Positions 1 to 8,288 are shown, counted from the first letter of the stretch. The stretch: 32,459 nucleotides of DNA from Veleropilina oligotropha (GCA_048128005.1 JBEUKZ010000029.1:124001-156459), one strand, 5' to 3'. Numbers and translations are program-made. The notes: a model not told the origin generated them from the sequence alone.

Positions 1-157
1 GACATATTTCCGCAATAAGGATCTCTTGGGACTTTTAGTATGGTGTTATTTGGACTTCACATAAATGCATTATGGCAAAATAAATTATGTTGCAATTTGT
101 TCCAATTAGTTGAAAGCTAAAATGGGCTAGATTGCCTGGACTACGTATATGTTATAG

Positions 158-347
158 AGCAGCAGGGGGGGTCATTGGACTTTTTAGAATGGAAACATAA
201 GGCTCCCAGCACTATTTCAGAACTGAGGGGGTGTAGTACGAGCCCCTAAGGCAGTTTAGACTAAGGGTCCACGGCCGCCGGGGAGGCTCCCAGCCCTATT
301 TCGGGACTGAGGGTAGGGCTTGTATTACAAAAGTCACCGTGTGTACA
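158..347 (+). repeat. Left terminal inverted repeat
   Basis: AGCAGCAGGGGGGGTCATTGGACTTTTTAGAATGGAAACATAAGG...AAAAGTCACCGTGTGTACA is the reverse complement of 15761-15948, with a few substitutions and indels. Confidence 0.95.
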
Positions 348-348
348 G

Positions 349-502
349 AGCAGGGGGGGTGAGTGTACTTTTTAGAATGGAAAAAATAAGGCTCCCAGCC
401 CTATTTCAGAACTGAGGGGGTGTAGTACGAGCCCCTAGGGCAGTTTAGACTAGGGGCCCACGGCCGCCGGGGAGGCTCCCGGCCCTATTTCGGAACTGAG
501 GG
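349..502 (+). repeat. Second, tandem, diverged copy of the left TIR
   Basis: AGCAGGGGGGGT...CTTTTTAGAATGGAAAAAATAAGGCTCCCAGCCCTATTTCAGAACTGAGGGGGTGTAGTACGAGCCCCTA...CCCTATTTCGGAACTGAGGG repeats ~161-313 directly. Confidence 0.9.
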
Positions 503-829
503 ACGGCGATTGTGTAAAAGTCCCTTCTTGCCGCCTTTGGTCTTCTTCTTAAAGACCGCCTGTTCACCATCGTCGAGGTCAACAATCAAAACGTCGTAGC
601 CCGATTTCAAGAGGGTCCTGATGCGTTGGGAACTTTTCGCGCCACGCAACCTGGGAACGGCTTTCTGCGGCATGTTGCTTTCAAGTATAACTACACAGCG
701 TCTAACACGACCAGCTATTTCGCGCCGATATAGTAGCATGTAGTAAGAGCCCGTAGGGACGGCCCACAACCCTCGCCGGCCCGGGCTCTCTTTTAGACAT
801 ACCCATTGCAACAGGTACCCCCACTGCAA
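485..829 (-). CDS. Hypothetical small basic protein; start uncertain (possibly the internal MPQKAV Met)
   Basis: 114-aa ORF divergent from 838. The C-terminal half looks protein-like (RIRTLLKSGYDVLIVDLDDGEQAVFKKK). Its stop lies inside the duplicated TIR copy. Confidence 0.35.
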   Translation of the reverse strand: MQWGYLLQWVCLKESPGRRGLWAVPTGSYYMLLYRREIAGRVRRCVVILESNMPQKAVPRLRGAKSSQRIRTLLKSGYDVLIVDLDDGEQAVFKKKTKGGKKGLLHNRRPSVPK

Positions 830-837
830 AGGATACG

Positions 838-1113
838 ATGAAGGGCACAGACACCTGTCAATGGCTCACCATAAGCTCCACGGAGCTATGCGGTAAGAGT
901 TGTCTGAGAGAGTTTTGCAAAGTCCACCTGGCTCGGCTCCGGCGAAATGGCTGGGGCACAAAGCCCTGCATCAAATGCGGCAAAGGCGTCTTCAATCGGC
1001 TTACGTTGTGTAAGGGCTGTGGGTATAAGCTTGAGATCGATAGGGACTGGCAACGAAAGAAAAGGGCCTTCGAGAGAGAGTTTCTCCGCATGGCTGCAAT
1101 TTACCACGCGTAA
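838..1113 (+). CDS. Small Cys/His-rich putative zinc-finger protein
   Basis: 91 aa with C...C-x3-C-x4-C-x2-H (LCGKSCLREFCKVH), then CIKC and CKGC pairs, and a basic helical tail. Confidence 0.65.
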   Translation: MKGTDTCQWLTISSTELCGKSCLREFCKVHLARLRRNGWGTKPCIKCGKGVFNRLTLCKGCGYKLEIDRDWQRKKRAFEREFLRMAAIYHA

Positions 1114-1164
1114 ATTTCCTATTAGAGGAATGATCGACGTAGTGTATGCCCACCGCATATCGCA

Positions 1165-4100
1165 ATGGTACGTGCCTCCCTCAGCGAACTACGCAATTTA
1201 GCGAATGATTACGGGCTTCCCGCTCGGTCGAAGCTCAAGAAGAACGACCTCATCAGGGCAATAGCCGGGGTCCGTGCTGCCGAGTTTCGGAGGAGACTCG
1301 AGCGGGCAATGAAAACGGGAAGATTCCCCTCCATCCGTGGAGATGTAGAGAACCCCCACAAAAGAGGCCGTCGTGCTCGCGAATTGCGGCAGCTTAAGGA
1401 CGAGGTCGAGGTGGCCCTCAAGGTCAGTAAATATACCTCCCAGGCTGAGAAAAATCCCTTGCTACGACAGAAGCCACTTCGTGCCATCACGGATCTAATC
1501 GTCAAGCCACACTTGCACGGTCTGAGTAGGTCTCGGAAAGAGACCCTTGCCCGGGCAATAGCTCGGAAGGGGCCCCGGGATCTTCTGAGAGATCACTTAG
1601 CCTCGGATGAATATTATTCCCTCTCCAAAACGCCCCGGACAGCCCAGGACTACCAGAAGGATCTTCTAGGGCTGTTTACCACACCAGAGGGGCAACAATT
1701 CATCGACCTGGATGTCCAGGCCCCTCCCCCAGTAAGGCTCCCAGCAAAAGAGCCATGGGTGGAACTCTTGAACGACGCCAAAGACGAGTTTGAGGTCGAT
1801 GGCGCCGCGGCGGCTTTCTCCACATGGAGGGTAGAAGTGGACATTAAGATCGCATATGATATCGAAGCGAGGGCTGGCCGGCTGGCCCTGGATGCCCGTA
1901 TGACAGATGCGAGGGCGGTACAGCTCCCCACAGCCCTTCCAAAAGGCGAGTATGTCCTTAGAATAAAGTTCTTGCGTGAGTGGGGTGAAGGCGACTGGGT
2001 GGTCGAAGACAAATTTGACCCGGTGAAAGCTGTGAGACAGAAGGGCCAGGGTATCTTTGAGATATCCCATGACAGTAAGCCGGGTGCTATCACTGGGGTC
2101 GACAAAGTCTACTACGAGAACGCCTACCCGGTCACTGCAGTCGTCTACGCCCTCTACCCTCTCAGAGAACCAAACCCCGCCAACCTGGTACCAATGAAAA
2201 ACGGTGACCTCAACTGCGTTGCCCAGAGAGTGGTTGAGCACTTTGAAGGTGCTCTGAGAGGAAACGGACTCACTCCGACACGAAGACGAAAAATACAGGA
2301 GTGGGAAGAGCGAGTCCATGAAACAGGCGCTACAGTTGAGAACGTCGCTGGCCTTGAGAGGATCCTCAAACGGGCGATTATCTTGAGAGATATTGCGGGC
2401 GAGGACATCTACAACAGCGGGAAGTACCCGGGCTGGCATAGACCAGTAGAACTCATCTGCCACAACGGCCACGCCTGGCCCAAGGACCTTCATTTCCCGC
2501 AGTCTCGCGATGTCCACCTGTATGAGGGCGATGTCTGGGAAGCTATCCGACAAGCCACACATAATGAGCCATTAGCTGTCTGGCTCCTTGGCGGTAAAGA
2601 CCGACAGCTCGGCGTGGACCAGTTCGTGCTGCAAGACGGCCGCACTTATAGGACGAAAGAGACTCACACCGCTCTCCGGGAAGCCTGTAAGGCTCTGGGG
2701 AATGAGTCTCTTGCCGATCGAGCCTTTGGCGAGAACCATGCAGCTAGCATTATGGCCAAAGAGAACAACGGCTGGAAACCCACCCCGGCCAGCCTGCTCG
2801 ATGACATCCAGAAGGCCTGCGTAGAGCATGGTCACGGTGGCCTTTGGAATTCCATGAGCTATGATACGAGAGACATCGTCTGCATCGATATGAAATCCTG
2901 CTACCCTGCCAGCTTTCAGGGGAAGGGCGAGGCTAAGCTATATTTCGAAAGATTCGGACACCCAACCCACCGCATGACTCGTGTCGCAATTAACGGTCCT
3001 CTTCCCCAAGAAATCGGTACTGGATTTGCCGAGGTCGTGGGGTGGGAGTTTGCACAAGAGATCCATCCCACTATCCCCGCCTGGTTTGGCAAGCACTTTG
3101 CAGAAAATAGCTGGGCACCAACCCCGCTGCTCGCCTTCCTCCTAGAATCTGGACTGCTAAAATGCCTCAAGATCCGAGAAGCCATCATCGCATTAAAAAA
3201 GCAGACCGAGGTCTGGCTTCCGGAGAATCGTGACCAGGGCTGCAGCATCATCGGCAAATTTACTCAAGGCGCCAAAGCTGACGGCAAAAGACTGACACGG
3301 AGGCTTGTGATTGACCAGGGAGAACTCGACTTCCTGGTAAGAGACACCCGCCAAAGCGGTACCCTGGTCGGCGCACCTCAAAGGTGCCCTATGGGGCACA
3401 TCCTCACGTACTATGATGGCTCACAGCCACAGTACACCCACCTGAGGGCATCGATGCTGGCCTATGCCCACATAAACCTCCTCTCAATGCTTAAGCGTTT
3501 CAGTGCAGCAGAAGCCGTACGAGTGGCCACTGACAGCATCTACCTCAAGAAGGCCTCGTTGGAGAAGCTCGACGATGTCAAGGCGTACGTTGCCCCCCAA
3601 CTCTGCGACTGTGGCGAGAAATCGTGCATCTCCTGTCTGATCGGGGAGACGTACCTTCCGCCAGTAGCACCGGCCCAGTGGCGTGACAAGGGCGAACAGC
3701 TGTATATGCCACAGGAGCATGCCGCATACCTGCCCAAGCCAGAGTATTGTTGTGCCGCCAATTCCAGCCAGCCAAGCACCGCGCCATGCTATAATGACAC
3801 ACTGACCCACCATCGCCTGAGTTACCTCAACGGTGGAGGGGGCTGTGGCAAGACTACGAGAGCGATCGAGCTATTTCGGGCAAGAAATCCCACAGTGTTC
3901 ACACCAACCCACCGCCTCGCTAAAGAAATGCGGACCAGGGTTGTCAAAGCCCAGACATACCACAGCTTCTTCCGATGGAGCGGCCAGAATGACTGGACGC
4001 CCGACCGCATGGGTCAGAAGTTCATCCCCCGCGTCATTATCTGGGACGAGGTCTGTACTGTTCCCAGGCATATCCTCGAGATGTTCTTGGACTGGCTGGG

Positions 4101-5115
4101 CCACCACGAAGTTCAGGTTATCTGCTGTGGGGACCAGGGCCAGCCACCACCGATTACGGGGGAGATGCCGCACGATTGGCTGCGAAGGACCGCGGACTAC
4201 TATGAGGAGATCGAAGTAGACTACAGGGCGAAAGACGACCCTGCCCTCCAAGCCCTGAAAAGACGTATCCGCCTCCAGCCCGACAAAGTCCAGTGCCAGG
4301 AGATGCATAAGAGTCTCCCCTGCTGCCTTGGATGGGACCGGTTCGTCGACACCTGGAAGCCAGGCGACCTAATCCTTACCAGCCGTCAGAAGGTCCGCAA
4401 ACGGGCTCAAGAGCTGTTGCTCCAGAGGCACAAGGACCATTTCCCAAAAAAAGCTGTCCCGATCCTGTATCACCCCAAGGACAGCAGGAAGCAGAACATT
4501 GATGTAGCCATCCCTGGCACAGCGCGCAGCGAACAGCTAGTTCTCAACGACGTCGTTGAGGTCACGATTGAGGCCGCTGAGCGGGCTATCCTGACCCCGG
4601 ATTGGCGCCTGGGCTATGCTCTCACAATCCATTCGAGCCAGGGTCTTACGATTCACGACCCACAGAAAGTCTGGATCATCGACGACTACCTTCAGTGGAG
4701 TAATCTCGCCTACCTAGCCGTGTCCCGGGTGGAGTATCTGCATCAGCTCGAACGGGTAACCTGTCCTCCGGATGAGGGTTCTGAGGACAGGCCCCCCCAC
4801 GCGCAAGCGCAGCATAGCAAGCAGCAGGTTCGAAAAACCATCCAGAGGAAGCTCGTGGCATACAAACGCCAGGACCAGGCAAAGGGACTCCAGGGATTTA
4901 ACCTCAAGGTCGAAGACATCCTGCAGCTCAAAGAAGCCCAAAACAACCGCTGCGCAGCATGCGACATAGAGCTGCTCTGGGCATATGCCCCGAAAGACAC
5001 ACAGCAGTTCAGTGTCGACCGTGTGGACAACAGCAGGGGCCACATCAGCGACAACGTGCGCTTAACGTGCCTCGAATGTAACAGAAAAAGAGGGGCTGCT
5101 GTTGTCAACGTTTGA
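1165..5115 (+). CDS. Replication polyprotein: Rho-N-like repeats / OTU-like protease / family B DNA polymerase core / SF1 helicase / HNH nuclease
   Basis: Intact 1316-aa ORF. PolB motif A IDMKSCYP (2887-2907), motif B remnant SIIGKF (~3244-3261), motif C VATDSIY (D at 3532). SF1 motifs: GGGGCGKTT (3832-3858), IIWDEV (4045), CGDQGQPPP, YRAKD, GYALTIHSSQGLT, AYLAVSR. C-terminal CAAC...SVDRVDNSRGHISDNVRLTCLECN. Confidence 0.92.
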   Translation: MVRASLSELRNLANDYGLPARSKLKKNDLIRAIAGVRAAEFRRRLERAMKTGRFPSIRGDVENPHKRGRRARELRQLKDEVEVALKVSKYTSQAEKNPLLRQKPLRAITDLIVKPHLHGLSRSRKETLARAIARKGPRDLLRDHLASDEYYSLSKTPRTAQDYQKDLLGLFTTPEGQQFIDLDVQAPPPVRLPAKEPWVELLNDAKDEFEVDGAAAAFSTWRVEVDIKIAYDIEARAGRLALDARMTDARAVQLPTALPKGEYVLRIKFLREWGEGDWVVEDKFDPVKAVRQKGQGIFEISHDSKPGAITGVDKVYYENAYPVTAVVYALYPLREPNPANLVPMKNGDLNCVAQRVVEHFEGALRGNGLTPTRRRKIQEWEERVHETGATVENVAGLERILKRAIILRDIAGEDIYNSGKYPGWHRPVELICHNGHAWPKDLHFPQSRDVHLYEGDVWEAIRQATHNEPLAVWLLGGKDRQLGVDQFVLQDGRTYRTKETHTALREACKALGNESLADRAFGENHAASIMAKENNGWKPTPASLLDDIQKACVEHGHGGLWNSMSYDTRDIVCIDMKSCYPASFQGKGEAKLYFERFGHPTHRMTRVAINGPLPQEIGTGFAEVVGWEFAQEIHPTIPAWFGKHFAENSWAPTPLLAFLLESGLLKCLKIREAIIALKKQTEVWLPENRDQGCSIIGKFTQGAKADGKRLTRRLVIDQGELDFLVRDTRQSGTLVGAPQRCPMGHILTYYDGSQPQYTHLRASMLAYAHINLLSMLKRFSAAEAVRVATDSIYLKKASLEKLDDVKAYVAPQLCDCGEKSCISCLIGETYLPPVAPAQWRDKGEQLYMPQEHAAYLPKPEYCCAANSSQPSTAPCYNDTLTHHRLSYLNGGGGCGKTTRAIELFRARNPTVFTPTHRLAKEMRTRVVKAQTYHSFFRWSGQNDWTPDRMGQKFIPRVIIWDEVCTVPRHILEMFLDWLGHHEVQVICCGDQGQPPPITGEMPHDWLRRTADYYEEIEVDYRAKDDPALQALKRRIRLQPDKVQCQEMHKSLPCCLGWDRFVDTWKPGDLILTSRQKVRKRAQELLLQRHKDHFPKKAVPILYHPKDSRKQNIDVAIPGTARSEQLVLNDVVEVTIEAAERAILTPDWRLGYALTIHSSQGLTIHDPQKVWIIDDYLQWSNLAYLAVSRVEYLHQLERVTCPPDEGSEDRPPHAQAQHSKQQVRKTIQRKLVAYKRQDQAKGLQGFNLKVEDILQLKEAQNNRCAACDIELLWAYAPKDTQQFSVDRVDNSRGHISDNVRLTCLECNRKRGAAVVNV

Positions 5116-6160
5116 GAACTCCAACCGGCGGCAGCTGGGTGTCACGAGGCACCACGAGCAGTTCCTCTCGAACGAACCCACGCGGTGGTCCATCGAGCAA
5201 GTAGTAGAGCACCGGCTCGTCAGGTTTAGTGATGGAGCGTCCAAGCCTGTGAACTTTTAGAGACCACACCTGGTCAGTGGCACGGCGACGACCCCCCTCC
5301 AGCTCACCATCGTTGTAAAGGTAACGAACACCAACGCCTGAGGGGAGTTTCTGTTCCTTCCCCTGTCGGCCTGGAACAGTGGAAGAGGGATTTTGTACAA
5401 CGAGAGGCACCTTGATGGCGTCCTTGGGCTTTTTACAGGTGAGGCGGGTCACTTCCCCATTCAAGGCCGCAACAACGGCGGGCAGCCTGGCCACCCACTC
5501 AGTCGACCTTTGACCCTCTTTTGCAGTCGCTACGAAACGCATCTCTTTTGCATACTGGTGCCCGAAGAGCCGCTCAGCGAGCGTCCGGTTGAAGCGCTCC
5601 ACGATCCCTTGGTCGCGATGAATATCCACACGGCCACGCCTAACCTCGACGTTATTTGTAGCCAGCAGCTGGGAGACCGCGCCCATAAACTCCCTCCCTG
5701 GGTCGACTTGAAGCAGTTTCGGCCAGCTAAGAGGACTCCGCCTGTAGATTCGAGACAGAGCTTCAGCAACCCATTTGGCCTCTTTTGTGGCCAGAGGCTC
5801 AGCCTCTTTGTAGCGTGAGGCCACGTCAACAACCGTCAGCGCATACTTGTAGCTCCGTTTCTTTCGTGCCAAGCCCACTGTGTCATGGGGCAGAAACAGG
5901 AGGTCGGCTTGGTGAACCTCGTTCGGCGTTACGACGTCGAATTTTGGTCTTGGAATCCGCCGTGGCGCAGGTAAATAGATTTGCCAGATGGCCTGCTTCT
6001 TCAGCCAATCCCGGGCCACGTCTTCAGAGACATCTACTGCGGCCAAGAGATGTTGTATCGCGGCGATCCCTTTCCAGTAGCCTCGGGGGCTATAGTAGCT
6101 ATTCGCAAGCTTCCGGTCGAGTTCTTTAGCCGTCAAGGGCTTCTGTCTCTTCACTGCCAT
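5105..6160 (-). CDS. Retroviral-like (rve) DDE integrase of Polinton type
   Basis: 351 aa. HQADLL (D86), YKYALTVVDVASRY, LLQVDPGREF (D153), QGIVERFNRTL (E188). The 3' end overlaps the polyprotein stop by 11 bp. Confidence 0.95.
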   Translation of the reverse strand: MAVKRQKPLTAKELDRKLANSYYSPRGYWKGIAAIQHLLAAVDVSEDVARDWLKKQAIWQIYLPAPRRIPRPKFDVVTPNEVHQADLLFLPHDTVGLARKKRSYKYALTVVDVASRYKEAEPLATKEAKWVAEALSRIYRRSPLSWPKLLQVDPGREFMGAVSQLLATNNVEVRRGRVDIHRDQGIVERFNRTLAERLFGHQYAKEMRFVATAKEGQRSTEWVARLPAVVAALNGEVTRLTCKKPKDAIKVPLVVQNPSSTVPGRQGKEQKLPSGVGVRYLYNDGELEGGRRRATDQVWSLKVHRLGRSITKPDEPVLYYLLDGPPRGFVREELLVVPRDTQLPPVGVLKR

Positions 6161-6422
6161 CGAGGCTTGTGATGTATTCCAGCAACGTGATCAGTCTCCA
6201 ACAGGCTTCAGCGGCCGGCTCCGGAAGCTGCCCAGTCGTCGCCCGTATGTTGGTCGGGCCCGAGAGCACCATGACCGTGAACCGCACCATAGTCTTTTCG
6301 TTGCGCCGCCAGCAGTCGAGTGACGTAGTACCAAGGCCCACCCCACTGACCGCAAGCATGGCGCGCAGTACAGCTCTTCTGGGAGCTCCATTATTATACA
6401 TGTCCACGAAAAAAATGTCCAC
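6126..6422 (-). CDS. Hypothetical protein (98 aa)
   Basis: Fills the gap between co-oriented neighbours (9 bp after the 6432 stop, overlapping the integrase start). No recognisable motif. Confidence 0.5.
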   Translation of the reverse strand: MDIFFVDMYNNGAPRRAVLRAMLAVSGVGLGTTSLDCWRRNEKTMVRFTVMVLSGPTNIRATTGQLPEPAAEACWRLITLLEYITSLDGSEETEALDG

Positions 6423-6431
6423 TGGAAATAA

Positions 6432-6860
6432 TTAGGCGAGCTTGTAGGCTACCAACCCGGTCGCAGCCATCCCGAGGATCACGAAGGCAATCTCTCGCGT
6501 TTTTTGGTCATCACTAGGCGTGTAGTAGTCAGACAGGGCGGGCTGGGGGCCACCCCCCAAACCGGGGTCGAGGTTCTTGCCGGTGATCAAGGCATACTCA
6601 CGGATCGCGGCGTCAACATCTCGGAAAGTGCCAACAGCGTGACCCTGGCGGCGAAGTTCAACGTTAAGCCAATCGAGACGCTCTACCCACTTTTGGGACC
6701 ATTTAGTCTGAGCGGCCTGGAGCTGCTCTACGGCTTTGTCGTGGCGTTTACGCTCCTCGTCGACACCGGAGCTGCGTAGCTTCGAGAAGAGGAAGTTGGA
6801 CCCGCTGAAGGCGAGGGCGTTGACGAGAGCGCCCCCAACCAGCATCGCAATGGAAGCCAT
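6432..6860 (-). CDS. Putative membrane/structural protein with hydrophobic N-terminus, coiled coil and C-terminal TM helix
   Basis: MASIAMLVGGALVNALAFSGSNFLFS; charged helix EERKRHDKAVEQLQAAQ; terminal IAFVILGMAATGLVAYKLA. Confidence 0.75.
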   Translation of the reverse strand: MASIAMLVGGALVNALAFSGSNFLFSKLRSSGVDEERKRHDKAVEQLQAAQTKWSQKWVERLDWLNVELRRQGHAVGTFRDVDAAIREYALITGKNLDPGLGGGPQPALSDYYTPSDDQKTREIAFVILGMAATGLVAYKLA

Positions 6861-6873
6861 TGAAATGCTGCGA

Positions 6874-7119
6874 TTATCTAGCAGGTCCCACTACGGCCGG
6901 AATGATGCCCTGCTTGATCAGCATGTCCTTCGTCGCCATGGCGAGCGCTACGTCGAGGACGACCATCCCCACGTCGTAACCCGTGAAGTCCAGCTTGGGG
7001 CTCGCTCCCTTGAAGGCCATTTTTCCCAGGCGTGCATAGCCGATGGCGAGGCCTGATACTATGGCCGAGTGATAGACGGCGTTGCCGAGCATCTTTCCGT
7101 CAGTAATCGGGGTAGTCAT
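6874..7119 (-). CDS. Small hydrophobic protein (81 aa), putative virion/membrane component
   Basis: Two hydrophobic segments (AVYHSAIVSGLAIGYA; VGMVVLDVALAMA); tightly packed between co-oriented genes. Confidence 0.7.
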   Translation of the reverse strand: MTTPITDGKMLGNAVYHSAIVSGLAIGYARLGKMAFKGASPKLDFTGYDVGMVVLDVALAMATKDMLIKQGIIPAVVGPAR

Positions 7120-7130
7120 GTCTTACTGCT

Positions 7131-7606
7131 CTATCGCATATCGAAAGGGTTGTGCCTAGTCTCCAATTCGATGGTGGCCCGGGTGGTAGGCTGCCTCGCC
7201 TGTGCTGGTGGCTGTTGATGTGGTGTGGATATACCACTGCTGCGTTTCCAGACAAGAAATAGCAACGCTACCCCGCCTGCAGCAAAGAGTCCATGGGTCC
7301 AATAAAATGCTGGGGGGGGTCCGATTTCCGCGTATCTGACTGTACTGCGTTTTCGACCGCGGTCACCTCGGCCGGGGCACCACTGTGTTTATGTTGGGGT
7401 TGTGCCTCCGGTAGTTCTGGAACTGTGCGGGTGTCTTCCTTAAGTTTTCGAACCTCGGCAAGTAGCCTCTCCTGCTTGGCTTTCCGAGCAGCAGCACCGG
7501 CCCGACCTGCAGCCACCTTCTTAGGGTCCTTCCCCGAAGAAGAGGTCACCCTCTCTATCGGCTGGGTCACCCTCTCTATCGGCTGGTCCGTTTCCGGCGT
7601 CGTCAT
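7131..7606 (-). pseudogene. Frameshifted single-pass membrane protein (basic N-terminal helix, TM, tail ending NPFDMR)
   Basis: Starts MTTPETDQ (ATG at 7606) and includes KDPKKVAAGRAGAAARKAKQERL. Shifting frame at the G8 run (7312-7319) gives PAFYWTHGLFAAGGVALLFLVWKR...RHNPFDMR-stop at 7131, 11 bp before the next ATG. Confidence 0.7.
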
Positions 7607-8288
7607 CTTGATCTCGCTCTCGCTCTCGCGATATTTTGGCGGGGCAGACATGTCCAAATCGGCAGTGCTTAGCCGTGGTCAGCGCGGCTGTCAGCGGCGC
7701 GAGAAACATTCCATACTGGTGATACAACTCGCAGCTGACACCGCGGAGCGCATGGCTGATGAATGGGTCGGCCTCCAGGTCGGCGATCAGCCGTATTTGG
7801 TTTTCCGGTGGAATGGGCAAGAACATCCCAGCTGCCCCCGCATACAGGTGTATCGCCGCAGTCCCCAGGGTTTTCGTCATCTCGGCGCCGAGCCTCGCTT
7901 CATACCTCGCGTGGTGTCTATCAACCTCTTCGGCGGTCATGGCGTCGATTCGGTCCACCGTGAGGTTCCGCCCCAGGTATCGGTGGGCTTCCCCTCCAAC
8001 GGCTAATGCTGCGAGCCTCTCCTGTTTCTTTGCCGTGCCTGAGTTACTGACAGGTTCCTTGCCGGAGGTCGTGGAGCGGGAGGGGTGGGGGCCCCCCAGG
8101 CCGCAGACCGGTGTGGTCATTTCTTCCTCGTCATCTAGGAGTTGATCGATAAGACTGTCCATCCTGAGTCGTTGCCAACATCTTCGGAGCGGTCTAATAT
8201 AACAGTACAGCCAGGACCACAATGCTACCTGCAGCAGCAACAGCAGGCCCTGGCTGCAAGCACAGAATATGTATACCGCGTCCGACAT
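7521..8288 (-). CDS. Helical hypothetical protein; likely start 8162 (MDSLIDQLL) or 8288 with an N-terminal TM segment
   Basis: 255-aa ORF with hydrophobic GLLLLLQVALWSWLYCYI, acidic patch and helical core ERLAALAVGG...YEARLGAEMTKTLG...PLTAALTTAKHC. Confidence 0.7.
   Translation of the reverse strand: MSDAVYIFCACSQGLLLLLQVALWSWLYCYIRPLRRCWQRLRMDSLIDQLLDDEEEMTTPVCGLGGPHPSRSTTSGKEPVSNSGTAKKQERLAALAVGGEAHRYLGRNLTVDRIDAMTAEEVDRHHARYEARLGAEMTKTLGTAAIHLYAGAAGMFLPIPPENQIRLIADLEADPFISHALRGVSCELYHQYGMFLAPLTAALTTAKHCRFGHVCPAKISRERERDQDDDAGNGPADREGDPADREGDLFFGEGP

Noticed and set aside
1209..5108. Many minus-strand and alternative-frame ORFs within the polyprotein gene
   Set aside because: No motifs; expected shadow ORFs opposite a long GC-rich coding frame.
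1165..5115. Helitron RepHel interpretation of the Pif1-like helicase ORF
   Set aside because: No HUH/Y2 Rep motifs; the upstream region has PolB motifs, and the element has TIRs, integrase and capsid-like genes.
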